Notes: a model not told the origin generated them from the letters alone. Shown: positions 41,990 through 51,866, numbered from the stretch's first letter. The stretch is 64,000 bases of DNA from Candidatus Latescibacterota bacterium (GCA_965205655.1 CBDBIJ010000022.1:1-64000), one strand, 5' to 3'. Program-made: numbers and translations.

Positions 41990-43128
41990 GGCAGCGCTCC
42001 CGCCTTGGCGACGTCGAGAACTTCGTAGACGCGAATCTCCTCCTTCAGGCCTCGCACTTGTGTATCACCGAGATCCCGCACTTCGAACTCACCCTGCTTT
42101 GCCAGCCTTCGATATGTCTGTTCGGTCATGATGATGCCGGCCTCTAGCCTCTTGCTCAGCCCCTCGCAGCGCGCCGCCACATTGACGGTGTTTCCGAAGG
42201 CGCAGGCGTCCATCCGCTCCGGTGTTCCGGCGATGCCGATCGCCACCGGGCCGGTGTTCAACCCAATCCCGATGCTGATCGGATCGTAGCCCGCGCGCTG
42301 GCGCCCGAGATTGTACTCCTTCATGATCTGTTTCTGCAGCGAAACAGCGGCGCGCACGGCGTTGTCCGTGCCCTGCTTCGGCTCGAACAGCCCCATGATT
42401 TCGTCCCCCACGTACTGGTAAACGAAGCCGCCGTTTTCGCGGATTGCCGGCTCGACGACGGCGAAAAAAGAGTTCAGGAAGTTGTAACACTCCGCCGGGG
42501 TGATCGACTCCGAAAACTCGGTGAAGTTCCGAATGTCGGCAGACAGGACGGTGTAGTCTTCTTCTCTGGCAAGCGCCCTGGCGATTTCGATCCGGTCACC
42601 GTCGAGACCCTCCGTAAAGATCTGCGGCACGAATTTTCGGAACAGCTCCATCTGGTGCTGCAGCTGCTCCGTCCTCTCTGCGATCCGTCTCTCCAGCTCC
42701 TTCTCGGACTGCCGCTGCCTTCGCAGGTTCGTGCAGGCCGCCGAGTGGTAACGCAAGCGCGCCAGTAGCTCGACCTTCGCCGCACCCTTCACCAGATAGT
42801 CGCTGGCACCGCGCTCGAAGGCTTCGGCCTTCAGCTCCGGCTCTTCCCTACCGGTGAGCACGATCACCGGTACATCCCGCAGCGTATCGTCCTGCTTGTA
42901 GGCCTCCATCAGATCCCACCCGTCGATGTCCGGCATCCGCAGATCTTGCAGGATGACGGTCGGCGAATGCTCTCCGGCTACCTCCAGCGCCTTGTTGGCG
43001 TCGAGACAGAAGCGGTAGGAGATATCCTCCTCGTTGGCGATCATCCGCGCCAGGAGCTTGCCGACGTCCTCTTGATCGTCGACCAGCAGAACGCGAACGC
43101 TCTGCGCCGTATGGTTGCCGTCAGTCAC
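41986..43128 (-). CDS. Response regulator: WspR-like receiver, coiled coil and class III nucleotide cyclase
   Basis: VLLVDD, PTVILQDLRMP, DYLVK; SADIRNFT, VGDEIM, GIGLNTG, GNTVNVAARCE. Confidence 0.92.
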   Translation of the reverse strand: MTDGNHTAQSVRVLLVDDQEDVGKLLARMIANEEDISYRFCLDANKALEVAGEHSPTVILQDLRMPDIDGWDLMEAYKQDDTLRDVPVIVLTGREEPELKAEAFERGASDYLVKGAAKVELLARLRYHSAACTNLRRQRQSEKELERRIAERTEQLQHQMELFRKFVPQIFTEGLDGDRIEIARALAREEDYTVLSADIRNFTEFSESITPAECYNFLNSFFAVVEPAIRENGGFVYQYVGDEIMGLFEPKQGTDNAVRAAVSLQKQIMKEYNLGRQRAGYDPISIGIGLNTGPVAIGIAGTPERMDACAFGNTVNVAARCEGLSKRLEAGIIMTEQTYRRLAKQGEFEVRDLGDTQVRGLKEEIRVYEVLDVAKAGALP

Positions 43129-43173
43129 CGATCCTCATCATCTCCGAGCTTGCGGCGCCCCGCTACGGCGCCA

Positions 43174-43941
43174 CTAAAGAATATTTACCGAGAACGCACC
43201 GTCCACCGGTATCGCCGTTCCGGTCACGAAATTCGACGCCGCGCTCGCCAGAAAGATGGCGATGCCGCGAAAGTCGTCGGGGGTTCCCCAGCGGTCTGCG
43301 GGGGTGCGGGCGAGCACTTTCTCATTGAGCCCTTCGAGCTGTTGCCGCGCCGTCTTCGTCAGCGGCGTGTCGATGAAGCCGGGCAGAAAACAGTTCACCT
43401 GGATGTTGTCCTTGGCCCAGGCGATGGCGAACGATTTCGTAATCTGCACCATCGCCGCCTTCGAGGCGGAGTAGGGCGCTCCCCACGAGGCGCCGAAGAT
43501 GGAAAGCATCGAGCCGTTGTTCAGGATCTTCCCGCCTCCCGCCTCCTTCATCGCCGGATAGCACGCCGTGCTGCAGCGGAAGGCGCTGTCCAGGTTCGTG
43601 TCCAGCACCAGACGCCACTCGTCGTAGGTCAGGTCCTGCGGCTCCTTGCGGATGTTCGTGCCGGCGTTGTTCACCAGAATGTCGATGCGACCGCCCTCAT
43701 TCTTTACCGTCTGCGCCATCTTGTTGACCGAGTCCATGTCCGTCACGTCGCACTTCACGGCGAACGCTTTCCCGCCCGCGCTCTCTATCTCCTGCGCCGC
43801 GGTTTTGGATTTTTCTTCGTTGCGCGCTGCCAGCGCCACCGTGGCCCCCGCATCGGCCAGACCCTTGGCCATACCCAGCCCGATACCGCTGTTGCCGCCC
43901 GTGACGATGGCGACCTTTCCACTCAAGTCGAACAGATCCAT
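43174..43941 (-). CDS. Short-chain dehydrogenase/reductase (KduD/gluconate 5-dehydrogenase-like)
   Basis: TGGNSGIG, NNAG, YSASK. Confidence 0.93.
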   Translation of the reverse strand: MDLFDLSGKVAIVTGGNSGIGLGMAKGLADAGATVALAARNEEKSKTAAQEIESAGGKAFAVKCDVTDMDSVNKMAQTVKNEGGRIDILVNNAGTNIRKEPQDLTYDEWRLVLDTNLDSAFRCSTACYPAMKEAGGGKILNNGSMLSIFGASWGAPYSASKAAMVQITKSFAIAWAKDNIQVNCFLPGFIDTPLTKTARQQLEGLNEKVLARTPADRWGTPDDFRGIAIFLASAASNFVTGTAIPVDGAFSVNIL

Positions 43942-43969
43942 CGAATCCCCCTCTCAATTCGTGTGCGCC

Positions 43970-44923
43970 TCAGTTCACCACATTCTGCGGCTTGCCGTCG
44001 ATCCACGCTTTCACGTTCTCGACGAGCGTATCGAGCAATCGCGATCGCGCCGAGCGGGTGGCCCAGGCGATGTGAGGTGTGACGAAGCAGTTCTTGGCGC
44101 TGATCAGCGGGTTGTCCATCGCCGGCGGCTCCACCGTGAGCACGTCGAGACCGGCGCCGGCCAGCTTGCCCGCGTTGAGGGCATCCGCCAAGGCCTGATC
44201 GTCCACGAGGGGACCGCGGCTCGTATTGACGAGAAAGGCCGTCGGCTTCATCAGAGCGAGACGCTCGGCGTTGGCGAGCTTGTCGGTCTCCGGTGTCAGC
44301 GGACAGTGGAGGCTGATAACGTCACTGCGCTTGAAGATCTCCTCTACGGTGACGAACTCCGCGTCGGGAAAGTCGGCCGGCTTGAGATACTCGTCGTGCG
44401 CCAGCACCTGCATCCCCAGGGCGCGGGCGATGTCGCCGGTGCGCTGGCCGATGCGGCCGTAGCCGACGATCCCCATCGTCAGGCCGTTCAGCTCGACCAG
44501 CGGAAAGTCCCAGTAACAGAAGTCGCGATTGTTCGTCCAGCGAGCCTCCTTCACGGTTTCGGCGTGATAGGCGACCCGCTGCGTCAGATTCAGCACGTGG
44601 GCGAACACCATCTGCGCCACCGAGGGCGTGCCGTAGGTGGGAATGTTCGTCACCACGATACTCTTCTCCGACGCCGCCTCCAGATCGATGATGTTGTATC
44701 CCGTGGCCTGCACCCCGATGTATTTCAGATCCGGCACCTGCTCGATGACCTCCTTCGAGATCACCGCCTTGTTCGGCATGATGATATCGGCCCCTTGTGC
44801 GCGAGGCACGACCTCTTCGGGCGTCGAGTATTCGTGTACGGTCGTGTCACCGAGAGCCTCCAGGCCCTCCCAGCTGAGATCTCCCGGATTCAGCGTGTAT
44901 CCGTCGGGTACGACGATCTTCAT
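43970..44923 (-). CDS. D-2-hydroxyacid dehydrogenase (glycerate dehydrogenase/HprA-like)
   Basis: LNPGDLSW, GYGRIG, HCPLT, NTSRG, DVLTVEPP, TPHIAWA. Confidence 0.93.
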   Translation of the reverse strand: MKIVVPDGYTLNPGDLSWEGLEALGDTTVHEYSTPEEVVPRAQGADIIMPNKAVISKEVIEQVPDLKYIGVQATGYNIIDLEAASEKSIVVTNIPTYGTPSVAQMVFAHVLNLTQRVAYHAETVKEARWTNNRDFCYWDFPLVELNGLTMGIVGYGRIGQRTGDIARALGMQVLAHDEYLKPADFPDAEFVTVEEIFKRSDVISLHCPLTPETDKLANAERLALMKPTAFLVNTSRGPLVDDQALADALNAGKLAGAGLDVLTVEPPAMDNPLISAKNCFVTPHIAWATRSARSRLLDTLVENVKAWIDGKPQNVVN

Positions 44924-45138
44924 TTCCGCTCTCCTTTTCTCTTCATCATTTCACTGACTTGTGCCGGCTGCAGAATCTGGTCCTTGGGACTCGATTCTGC
45001 AAAAGAGCCTATAGTCTCACCCGACCCCGCGTCAAGGAGTTCGCGTAACGCCATGAGGTTGACCTGTCTCAGGCAAATGATATGATGTCGTGGATGGAGA
45101 GGAGATTCCGGCCGGATACCGATTGATTCGAGAAGGCG

Positions 45139-45402
45139 ATGAGAGAGAGTCGGCGTTCTGACAGCCTGGCGCCCGAGGCCAGAGCCGCGATCGAGAAGGA
45201 GGAGGTCAAGAGATGGCCTCTCATCCCGCGCTGGTTCAAAGCGTTGCTCGTCGCCAGTGCGGTGTTCGGCGTGTCGTACGGATCGACCGGGGATGCTCTG
45301 GTGTCAGCCGCCTTCTCAGCAGGAGCGGCCGTCGTCTTCGTGGTGGGAGCCAGCTGTTATTCCGCGTATAGACGCTATCTGCAACAGCGACTGCCACGGT
45401 AG
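45139..45402 (+). CDS. Small membrane hypothetical protein
   Basis: 87 aa with two hydrophobic segments; upstream TTGACC-N16-TATGAT. Confidence 0.5.
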   Translation: MRESRRSDSLAPEARAAIEKEEVKRWPLIPRWFKALLVASAVFGVSYGSTGDALVSAAFSAGAAVVFVVGASCYSAYRRYLQQRLPR

Positions 45403-45520
45403 GTCGAAACACCGAAGACAGAGCCAGTATCATCGCGGGATTCCTCGCGACCCGCGTCCGGCACAGGAGTGGCATTCCATTATATATAGGTGGATCAGAC
45501 GGGATGCCTCGAGAGAGGGC

Positions 45521-46140
45521 ATGGCAAAGATTGACATAATCTGGACAGAGTCCCGAGCGACCCCACTTGCTGCCGTGCGCGACTTTGCCCTGGAGACCTA
45601 TACCACCTCCAAACCGCTCAACTACGACGAGGACAATGTTGCGACCCGCTATCTGGATGAGGAAGGCTGGACCGTGCACCGCAAGCGGGCCTGGACCACG
45701 CTGATGAGCGGGGCGCACTATGACATGATCGACTTTTCCATCCTGCCACACCTCGAGACGGGCACACCGGCCTCACAGAAGTGCATTCGCACCTGGATGA
45801 GCCATCTGTCTACGTTCATCCATTCGGTCGACCTTGCCCGGGCTCGGCCGCGCCCAAGCTGGCTGAAAAAGCAGCCTGAAAAACCGTCGCGTCGGTTCTG
45901 GCAGTGGAGGGGCAGGATTACTGCATCTATCTGGCCGACGGACGCGAGCGAGAAGAAAGAGATTGCGGCCAGCCGATCGAGGGAGCTCTATGTTTTGCCC
46001 TGCCGGACGGGAATTTCAAGGTTTCTGCTTACTTGCCGAGCACAGGCGCCGATTCTCCGGCTTTGCGCCTACCCGGGGGAGAGACAGAGCTGGATGTACC
46101 CGTATTCACCCATGATATTCTGATCCGGGATTCGACGTGT
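45521..46140 (+). pseudogene. C-terminal fragment of a probable carbohydrate-active TIM-barrel/beta-sandwich protein
   Basis: KPLNYDED...HRKRAWTTLMSGAHYDMIDFS...QDYCIYL...LPDGNFKV. Begins abruptly after a short N-terminus; shift near 45880. Confidence 0.45.
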
Positions 46141-46159
46141 TTGAATTGGGAGGTTGTTG

Positions 46160-47041
46160 ATGAACCGAGGACTCAACCCCGAACAGATTCAACAATTCCA
46201 CCAGGATGGCTTCCTGATTGTTCGTGATTTGCTCCAACGCGAAGCACTTCAGCCCTTGATCGATGAGCTCGAACAGAAAGTCGATGACTCGAGCAATGAA
46301 GCCGTGAGGCGGGGGTTCCTCGACGCGACGAGCCTGTTTCCCGACGCGCCTTTTGCCACCCGGCTGGCGCTGGTGGCGGACGCCTGCTCCGACCGCAGCT
46401 GGTTGTGGCACCAGGTTCAGGGCAAACAGCACAAAACTGCCGGCATGTTCACACTCAGAACCTGGCCGGCTCTACTGGATGCAGCGGAATCGTTGATTGG
46501 TCCTGAGATTCTTGCGCACCCTCAAACAGTCCTCCGCGCGAAACTGCCGGACCACGAGGACACGGTCGTGCCCTGGCACCAGGACCTCGCCTACCTGACA
46601 CCCGAGGAAGCGGGGGAGACGTTGATCGTGAACTTCTGGATCCCTCTCGTCGATGCCACTGCCGAAAACGGCTGCATGCAGGTGATGCGTGGATCGCATA
46701 GACCCGGTCTGTTGCCGCACGACCATCGGGTACCCCTTTATCACGGAGTTGCCGAGTCCGACCTGCCTGAAGGTGAAATCGTGACCTGCGAGGTGGACGT
46801 GGGCGATGCGTTGATGCTCATGGAGCGGATGTTACATCGCTCGAATCCCAACGCCTCCAACACCGTCAGGTGGAGTGTCGACACACGTTACAGTCGCATT
46901 GGGCTCCCTACAGGCCGCTCGAGCAAGCCCGGCTTTGTGGCTCGCAGCCACGAAGATCCTGAGAGTGTCGCGGGCTCACACCACGACTGGATCAAGCTCT
47001 ATACCGACGCAGGCCTCGATTGGACTGAGATGCCGCGATGA
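46160..47041 (+). CDS. Phytanoyl-CoA dioxygenase (PhyH) family protein
   Basis: FHQDGF, VPWHQD, WIPLVDATAENGCMQVMRGSH, HRSNPN, RWSVDTRY. Confidence 0.92.
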   Translation: MNRGLNPEQIQQFHQDGFLIVRDLLQREALQPLIDELEQKVDDSSNEAVRRGFLDATSLFPDAPFATRLALVADACSDRSWLWHQVQGKQHKTAGMFTLRTWPALLDAAESLIGPEILAHPQTVLRAKLPDHEDTVVPWHQDLAYLTPEEAGETLIVNFWIPLVDATAENGCMQVMRGSHRPGLLPHDHRVPLYHGVAESDLPEGEIVTCEVDVGDALMLMERMLHRSNPNASNTVRWSVDTRYSRIGLPTGRSSKPGFVARSHEDPESVAGSHHDWIKLYTDAGLDWTEMPR

Positions 47042-47083
47042 TTCGCTTCTCCGACCAGGCGGTCTGAAGGAGGCAACCGAAAA

Positions 47084-47665
47084 ATGTCCAGGCTCGACCC
47101 ATTCCATTTACCACTCACCGCTACGTTGCTCGTCGGTATGATGAGCTGTGCCTCGGTCCCACCTCAGGTCGCAAAGACACATCAGAAAGAGCAAGAGATC
47201 ATCGAATCGCTCCGTGCGGCCCATCTCGCAATGGTAGACGCCTATATCGACAAGAAACTCGAGGATTTCGAGAGATTCTTTTTCAACGAATACGGCCCGG
47301 TGTACTTCGAGAACTGGACGGCCGCGTTTGAACAGGTCAACGGGCGCCCGTACGACTCAGGCAGGGACCTCCCGCAGCTCTACAGCGACCTCGTGGCGGA
47401 GTATCAGGCCGAATCGGCGCTCATCGATCAAATGCGCGTTCAGTTGCGGGAGGCGATAGCGACGGAATATCGAAATGCGTTGGATGCTCACCAGGCAGTT
47501 GGTGGCTGGCTGGACGCCATGGAAAAACTCAACTCAGCTCAACGGCAATCCATCGACACTCTCCTGGGATCCATCCAGCCGGGGCTGTCATTGGATCTCA
47601 TTGACGACGCCGTTGTCAACGCCAAACAGAGTCTGCAGGAGAGACTGGAAACCCTGACGAATTGA
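47084..47665 (+). CDS. Helical putative lipoprotein
   Basis: Hydrophobic leader ending MMSC (lipobox-like); RBS AAGGAGG. Confidence 0.65.
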   Translation: MSRLDPFHLPLTATLLVGMMSCASVPPQVAKTHQKEQEIIESLRAAHLAMVDAYIDKKLEDFERFFFNEYGPVYFENWTAAFEQVNGRPYDSGRDLPQLYSDLVAEYQAESALIDQMRVQLREAIATEYRNALDAHQAVGGWLDAMEKLNSAQRQSIDTLLGSIQPGLSLDLIDDAVVNAKQSLQERLETLTN

Positions 47666-47675
47666 GGAGAGAGCC

Positions 47676-47945
47676 GTGCCCAGACGAAGCGCAATTGGCA
47701 AGATCGCCAGCAAGAAGACGAAGTCCGCCTTTGCAGAGGAACTTTCAAGCCACACGGCCTTTACAGCGAAGGAGACTGCGGAGCTGTTCCCGAACAAATC
47801 CGATCGCGACGAGCTGGTCGCTCTCATCGAGATTGTCAACTCTGACAAGAACGACAAAGAAAAGCAGGCCGAGTTGGTTGCGAGAATTGGCGAAGTTGGT
47901 GGAGCGGTTCTCAAACTCAGCAAGAAAGTCACTACGGGACTGTAG
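47676..47945 (+). CDS. Small charged hypothetical protein
   Basis: RBS GAGGAG, GTG start, 89 aa. Confidence 0.6.
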   Translation: MPRRSAIGKIASKKTKSAFAEELSSHTAFTAKETAELFPNKSDRDELVALIEIVNSDKNDKEKQAELVARIGEVGGAVLKLSKKVTTGL

Positions 47946-47986
47946 CTCGAGAGCGCCCACACCGCCATCACCCCGAGGAGTACCGG

Positions 47987-48352
47987 ATGGACATGACCGT
48001 TGTCAATCTCGCGCATAAGTTCAGCCTGTTTTCCGACCACTGGACTCCGAAGATCGTCGGCGAACTCAACGGGCAACACGTCAAAGTGGCGAAACTGAAG
48101 GGCGAATTCGTTTGGCACCACCACGAAAATGAGGATGAGTTGTTTCTCGTAATGAATGGCAGCCTCCTCATGCGACTCCGTGACCGTGAGGTTACCATAA
48201 ACGAAGGAGAGTTCTTCATAGTGCCGCGGGGCGTTGAGCATCTCCCTGTCGCGGAGGAGGAAGTTCATGTCGTCCTCCTCGAACCGGCCTCCATCGTGAA
48301 CACCGGCAACGTCCACAACCAGCTCACCGTGGAGAATCTCGACCGCGTTTAG
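47987..48352 (+). CDS. Cupin domain protein
   Basis: WTPKIV, KGEFVWHHHENEDELF, VPRGVEHLP. Confidence 0.92.
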   Translation: MDMTVVNLAHKFSLFSDHWTPKIVGELNGQHVKVAKLKGEFVWHHHENEDELFLVMNGSLLMRLRDREVTINEGEFFIVPRGVEHLPVAEEEVHVVLLEPASIVNTGNVHNQLTVENLDRV

Positions 48353-48368
48353 GTCCTACGAAATCCTT

Positions 48369-48827
48369 ATGCCCGCAAGAATTCAGAATCCTGAAGTTGC
48401 TGCAGTCTTCAAATCCTACCCGAGTCGTATGCGGAAGAAGCTGATGTTTCTTCGACAGTTGATTCTCGAAGCGGCGGCGGCAACAGAAAGTGTTGGAGAG
48501 TTGGAAGAAACTCTGAAGTGGGGGGAACCAAGCTATCTTACATCAAAATCGAAAAGTGGAAGCACCGTCAGAATTGCCTGGAAAGAAGCTCAGGAGGAAC
48601 AGTACGCAATCTACTTCAAATGTACCACGGATCTGGTTGCTACCTTCAGAGAGAGATATCCAAGTGAGTTTCGGTATGGCGGAAATCGAAGCATTCTTTT
48701 CGATAAAGACGATGAAGTTTCTGTAGAGGAATTGAGAAGCTGTATTTCATTGGCTTTGACCTATCATTTGAACAAGAAACTGCGGCAAGAGGATAGGTGG
48801 AACATGGTGGGAACATCACTTGAATAA
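48369..48827 (+). CDS. DUF1801 (YdhG-like) domain protein
   Basis: LEETLKWGEPSY, GSTVRI, GNRSI, ALTYH; visibly more AT-rich than its neighbours. Confidence 0.85.
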   Translation: MPARIQNPEVAAVFKSYPSRMRKKLMFLRQLILEAAAATESVGELEETLKWGEPSYLTSKSKSGSTVRIAWKEAQEEQYAIYFKCTTDLVATFRERYPSEFRYGGNRSILFDKDDEVSVEELRSCISLALTYHLNKKLRQEDRWNMVGTSLE

Positions 48828-48863
48828 AGCACGCGCCGAACCGATTCCATCAGGAGAAACACC

Positions 48864-49238
48864 ATGCTCGCTCCCATGAATCGCGTTATCATCTTTGCTG
48901 GCGACGTCGAGAAACGCGCGACCTTTTTTCGCGATCTCTTTGATCTGGCCCCGATCGAAAGCACACACTCGCCGCAGGAATGGCTCGAGCTCGATGCTGG
49001 AGCTTGTCGATTGGCATTTCACAAAGCGTATGGGCCGGATGGGCCTGTCGATGGCCCGACGGGCGGCTCGTCCAACCCACATAAGATTGTCTTTCATGCC
49101 GAGGATGTGCCGGCCATGCGGGAAGAGCTCTGTCGCCGTGGGGCTCCGATGCAGGACGTCGAGGTATTCGGAGATCTCGTGCTCTGCGACGGCCAGGACC
49201 CCGAGGGCCATCGATTTCAGATATCGAATGGAGGGTAG
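48864..49238 (+). CDS. VOC/glyoxalase family protein
   Basis: FFRDLF, KIVFHAEDV, DPEGHRFQI. Confidence 0.85.
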   Translation: MLAPMNRVIIFAGDVEKRATFFRDLFDLAPIESTHSPQEWLELDAGACRLAFHKAYGPDGPVDGPTGGSSNPHKIVFHAEDVPAMREELCRRGAPMQDVEVFGDLVLCDGQDPEGHRFQISNGG

Positions 49239-49370
49239 CGCAGCGGGACTCGACGACAGATTTTCACGGCCTCTGCAAAACAAGCGAGACCTCCTCGTGA
49301 CCGCGCTTTTGCACCCATGCCAGCGGGCCTCCGTGGTCTCGAATTCTATCGGATGTATCAACAGGTTGGC

Positions 49371-50501
49371 TCACATCGGATATTGACCGACCTGCTCGAA
49401 GAGCGTCTCGAAGCGGCCGACGTTATCCCAGTTGATCTCGACTCCCAACCCGGACCGGTCGGGCACGACGGTCTTGCCGCCCTCGATATCGAGCAGGCCG
49501 TCGACGAGTACGTCGTCGACGCTCAGCTCGTGCATCACCTGGTTGCCGTCGGTGACGTTCGGGATCGCCGCCAGGACCTGCAGCGCCGCCAGCGTCGAAA
49601 TGCCCGTCTCGCCCAAACAGCCGTGGCGGTTGATGTTGAGATTGCCGGCCGCGGCAACGGCGGCCGCCTTCTTTAGCGGCAGCAATCCACCCGTTTCGTG
49701 AAACCCGATGACGACAACGTCGCAGGCGTCGCGACGGACCGCTTCCAGTACGTCGGCCTCCGTGAACAATGCCTGATCGAGAGCGATCGGTACGGACACC
49801 TGGCGGCGCAGATCGGCCGAACCAGCAATGTCGAAGGCCGGTAAGGGCTGCTCGACCCAATCCAGATTGAACGGCTCCAGTTTGCGGATCATGGTGATGG
49901 CCGTGTGGCGATCCCAGGCCTCGTTGGGGTCGACGCGTAGACGGGGGCCGTCGCCCACAGCCTCACGCACCGCCTGCACCGCCGCCAAATCGAATTCCGC
50001 TCCCTGGCCAATCTTCATGTAGAGGACATCGAAACCGCGCTTCACGTAGCTGCGGGCGTCAGCGGCCAGCGTCTGCGGATCGCCTCCCTGCAGGAAACCG
50101 AACCAGTGAACGGTCTCGTGAATCTTGCCGCCGAGCAGGTTGTAGACTGGCTGCCCGAGCGCCTTGCCGCAGATGTCCCACAAGGCCATTTCGATGCCGG
50201 CAAATGACTGATTGGCGAATCGGCGCTGGTTGCTCCAGGCACCGCTGTGATACAGTCGCGCCAGCAGGTATTCGACGCGAAACGGATCCTCCCGGAGCAG
50301 AAGGTGTTCGACCGAGCGGATTGTCGCCTCGGCTGCCACCGCCGAACGCGCGCCCAAAGCGTCGCCGTAGCCGACGACCCCGTCGTCGGTGTGCAGCTCT
50401 ACCAGGACGGAGTTGAAGCCCTCGGGGGCGCCGATCGCCCAGTGATAGCGGCCGCGCAAGGGCACCGCGAGAGTGTGAGTACGGATCTCGGAAATTTTCA
50501 T
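49371..50501 (-). CDS. Mandelate racemase / muconate lactonizing enzyme (enolase superfamily) protein
   Basis: TDDGVVGYG, IEMALWDICGKALGQPVYNLLGG, RVDPN, WVEQP, GLGVEI. Confidence 0.92.
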   Translation of the reverse strand: MKISEIRTHTLAVPLRGRYHWAIGAPEGFNSVLVELHTDDGVVGYGDALGARSAVAAEATIRSVEHLLLREDPFRVEYLLARLYHSGAWSNQRRFANQSFAGIEMALWDICGKALGQPVYNLLGGKIHETVHWFGFLQGGDPQTLAADARSYVKRGFDVLYMKIGQGAEFDLAAVQAVREAVGDGPRLRVDPNEAWDRHTAITMIRKLEPFNLDWVEQPLPAFDIAGSADLRRQVSVPIALDQALFTEADVLEAVRRDACDVVVIGFHETGGLLPLKKAAAVAAAGNLNINRHGCLGETGISTLAALQVLAAIPNVTDGNQVMHELSVDDVLVDGLLDIEGGKTVVPDRSGLGVEINWDNVGRFETLFEQVGQYPM

Positions 50502-50660
50502 ATCGGCCTCGAGGATGCTCGGGCACAAGAGGATGCACAATCAGATCCTGCCACGCCACTGCAGGCAATCAGCTTCGGTTACCAGATGCTTGACGTCTCG
50601 TTTCGGCGCGGCGACGCGCGAAGCCACTCCGCACCAGCCGCCCATGCCTATCTTAGCCAC

Positions 50661-51713
50661 ATGCCCGCCTCCGAGCTCACACCCACCCAATACCGAGCTC
50701 TCCGCGAGCAGATTCAGGGCATCATTTCCGAGGGAGGGATCCACACCCGCCAGGCCGGCGAGTGGGAGAAAGTGGAGACCTACTGGCACATCGGCGACGC
50801 CTTAATTTCCCACATCGACGGCCAGCCCCGCGCCGAGTACGGCCGGCAAATAGTCGTTAACCTAAGTAAAGACATACAGTTACCGAAGTCTCTCTTGTGG
50901 CACATCCTGCGCTTCAGGCGCGTCTTAACAATTCTCTCCACGTGGAGAGAATTGAGCTGGTCCCACATCAGAGAGATCATCTACCGGCCCAGCCGCGAGG
51001 AACGTCGGTTTTATCTGAGCGCCGCCAATCGGGATCGCTGGAACGTGGCTCAGTTGCAGAAAGCCATCCGCGACGACCTCTACGGTGGCACCGTCACTCG
51101 ACCCTTCGCCGTCCAACCCGAGCAGGACGCTCCCGCCGGCCGCCCCCTTCGCGCCCGCTTCGGTGAATTCCATGTCTATAAGATTGTACCCAGCGGCAAC
51201 CCCGCATCTCACGAACTGTATCTCGACCTCGGTTTCCACATGACTGAGCACATCGATCCCATCGGACTCAAAGACCCGGCTCCCGATCTCCTCGTCACCT
51301 CGAAGAAACGTCGCGACGGCGCCTACGCTTTCAATCCGTGCCCGCCCCAAACCCACCGCCATACTTACATCGGCTGGCCTCACCGCATCATCGACGGCGA
51401 TACCCTCATCGGTGTCGCCGACTGCGGCCTCGGCCACCACACCTGGCCCCTCCGCTGGCGCCTGCGCGGCATCGACACCCCCGAACTCGGCACCTTCGCC
51501 GGCCGCAACGCGAAAGACTTCGTCGTCGACGTCCTGTCGCAGGTCTCATTCGTCGTCATCTCGACCTTTAAGACAGACAACTACGGGAGATTTCTCGTTG
51601 ATCTGAAGTACCTGCCGGGCGAGAGTGACCCAGTTGTCGTGCGCGATAATGGTACCTACCTGAATCGGCAGCTGCTTATCCAACGCCTTGCGACTCGATG
51701 GCAGCCCGAGTAA
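50661..51713 (+). CDS. DUF1016 (YhcG) N-terminal domain fused to a thermonuclease (SNase) domain
   Basis: YWHIG, RAEYG, LSKD, LSWSH, RRFY, then IIDGDT, RLRGIDTPE, DNYGRFL, LNRQL. Confidence 0.85.
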   Translation: MPASELTPTQYRALREQIQGIISEGGIHTRQAGEWEKVETYWHIGDALISHIDGQPRAEYGRQIVVNLSKDIQLPKSLLWHILRFRRVLTILSTWRELSWSHIREIIYRPSREERRFYLSAANRDRWNVAQLQKAIRDDLYGGTVTRPFAVQPEQDAPAGRPLRARFGEFHVYKIVPSGNPASHELYLDLGFHMTEHIDPIGLKDPAPDLLVTSKKRRDGAYAFNPCPPQTHRHTYIGWPHRIIDGDTLIGVADCGLGHHTWPLRWRLRGIDTPELGTFAGRNAKDFVVDVLSQVSFVVISTFKTDNYGRFLVDLKYLPGESDPVVVRDNGTYLNRQLLIQRLATRWQPE

Positions 51714-51730
51714 GGACCGGCCCTCTACTC

Positions 51731-51779
51731 TACTTCAAAGATCCGGATGGGCCTCCTCTGGGAGGTGGCACACAATCCG
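51731..51779 (+). pseudogene. Remnant of a VOC/glyoxalase C-terminus
   Basis: YFKDPDG, one-base shift, LLWEVAHNP. Confidence 0.6.
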
Positions 51780-51866
51780 ATTTTTGGGTGGGCCCCGCTC
51801 ATTGAACTGCGACCAGGACAGCGCCACGGGGAGCATGGCCCGGCTGCGCTGCCAGAGTGCGAATCT

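Noticed and set aside
47900..49300. Integron attC sites between the small genes
   Set aside because: Spacers are mostly under 45 nt and lack paired RYYYAAC/GTTRRRY boxes; there is no integrase in the window.
49274..49313. TGCAAAA...TTTTGCA stem between convergent genes, considered as a terminator
   Set aside because: The stem is weak and interrupted, and has no clear U-tract.
51800..51865. Imperfect GC-rich hairpin before direct repeat copy 1, considered as attC or ncRNA
   Set aside because: No terminal GTTRRRY, single copy, and weak pairing is expected at this GC content.
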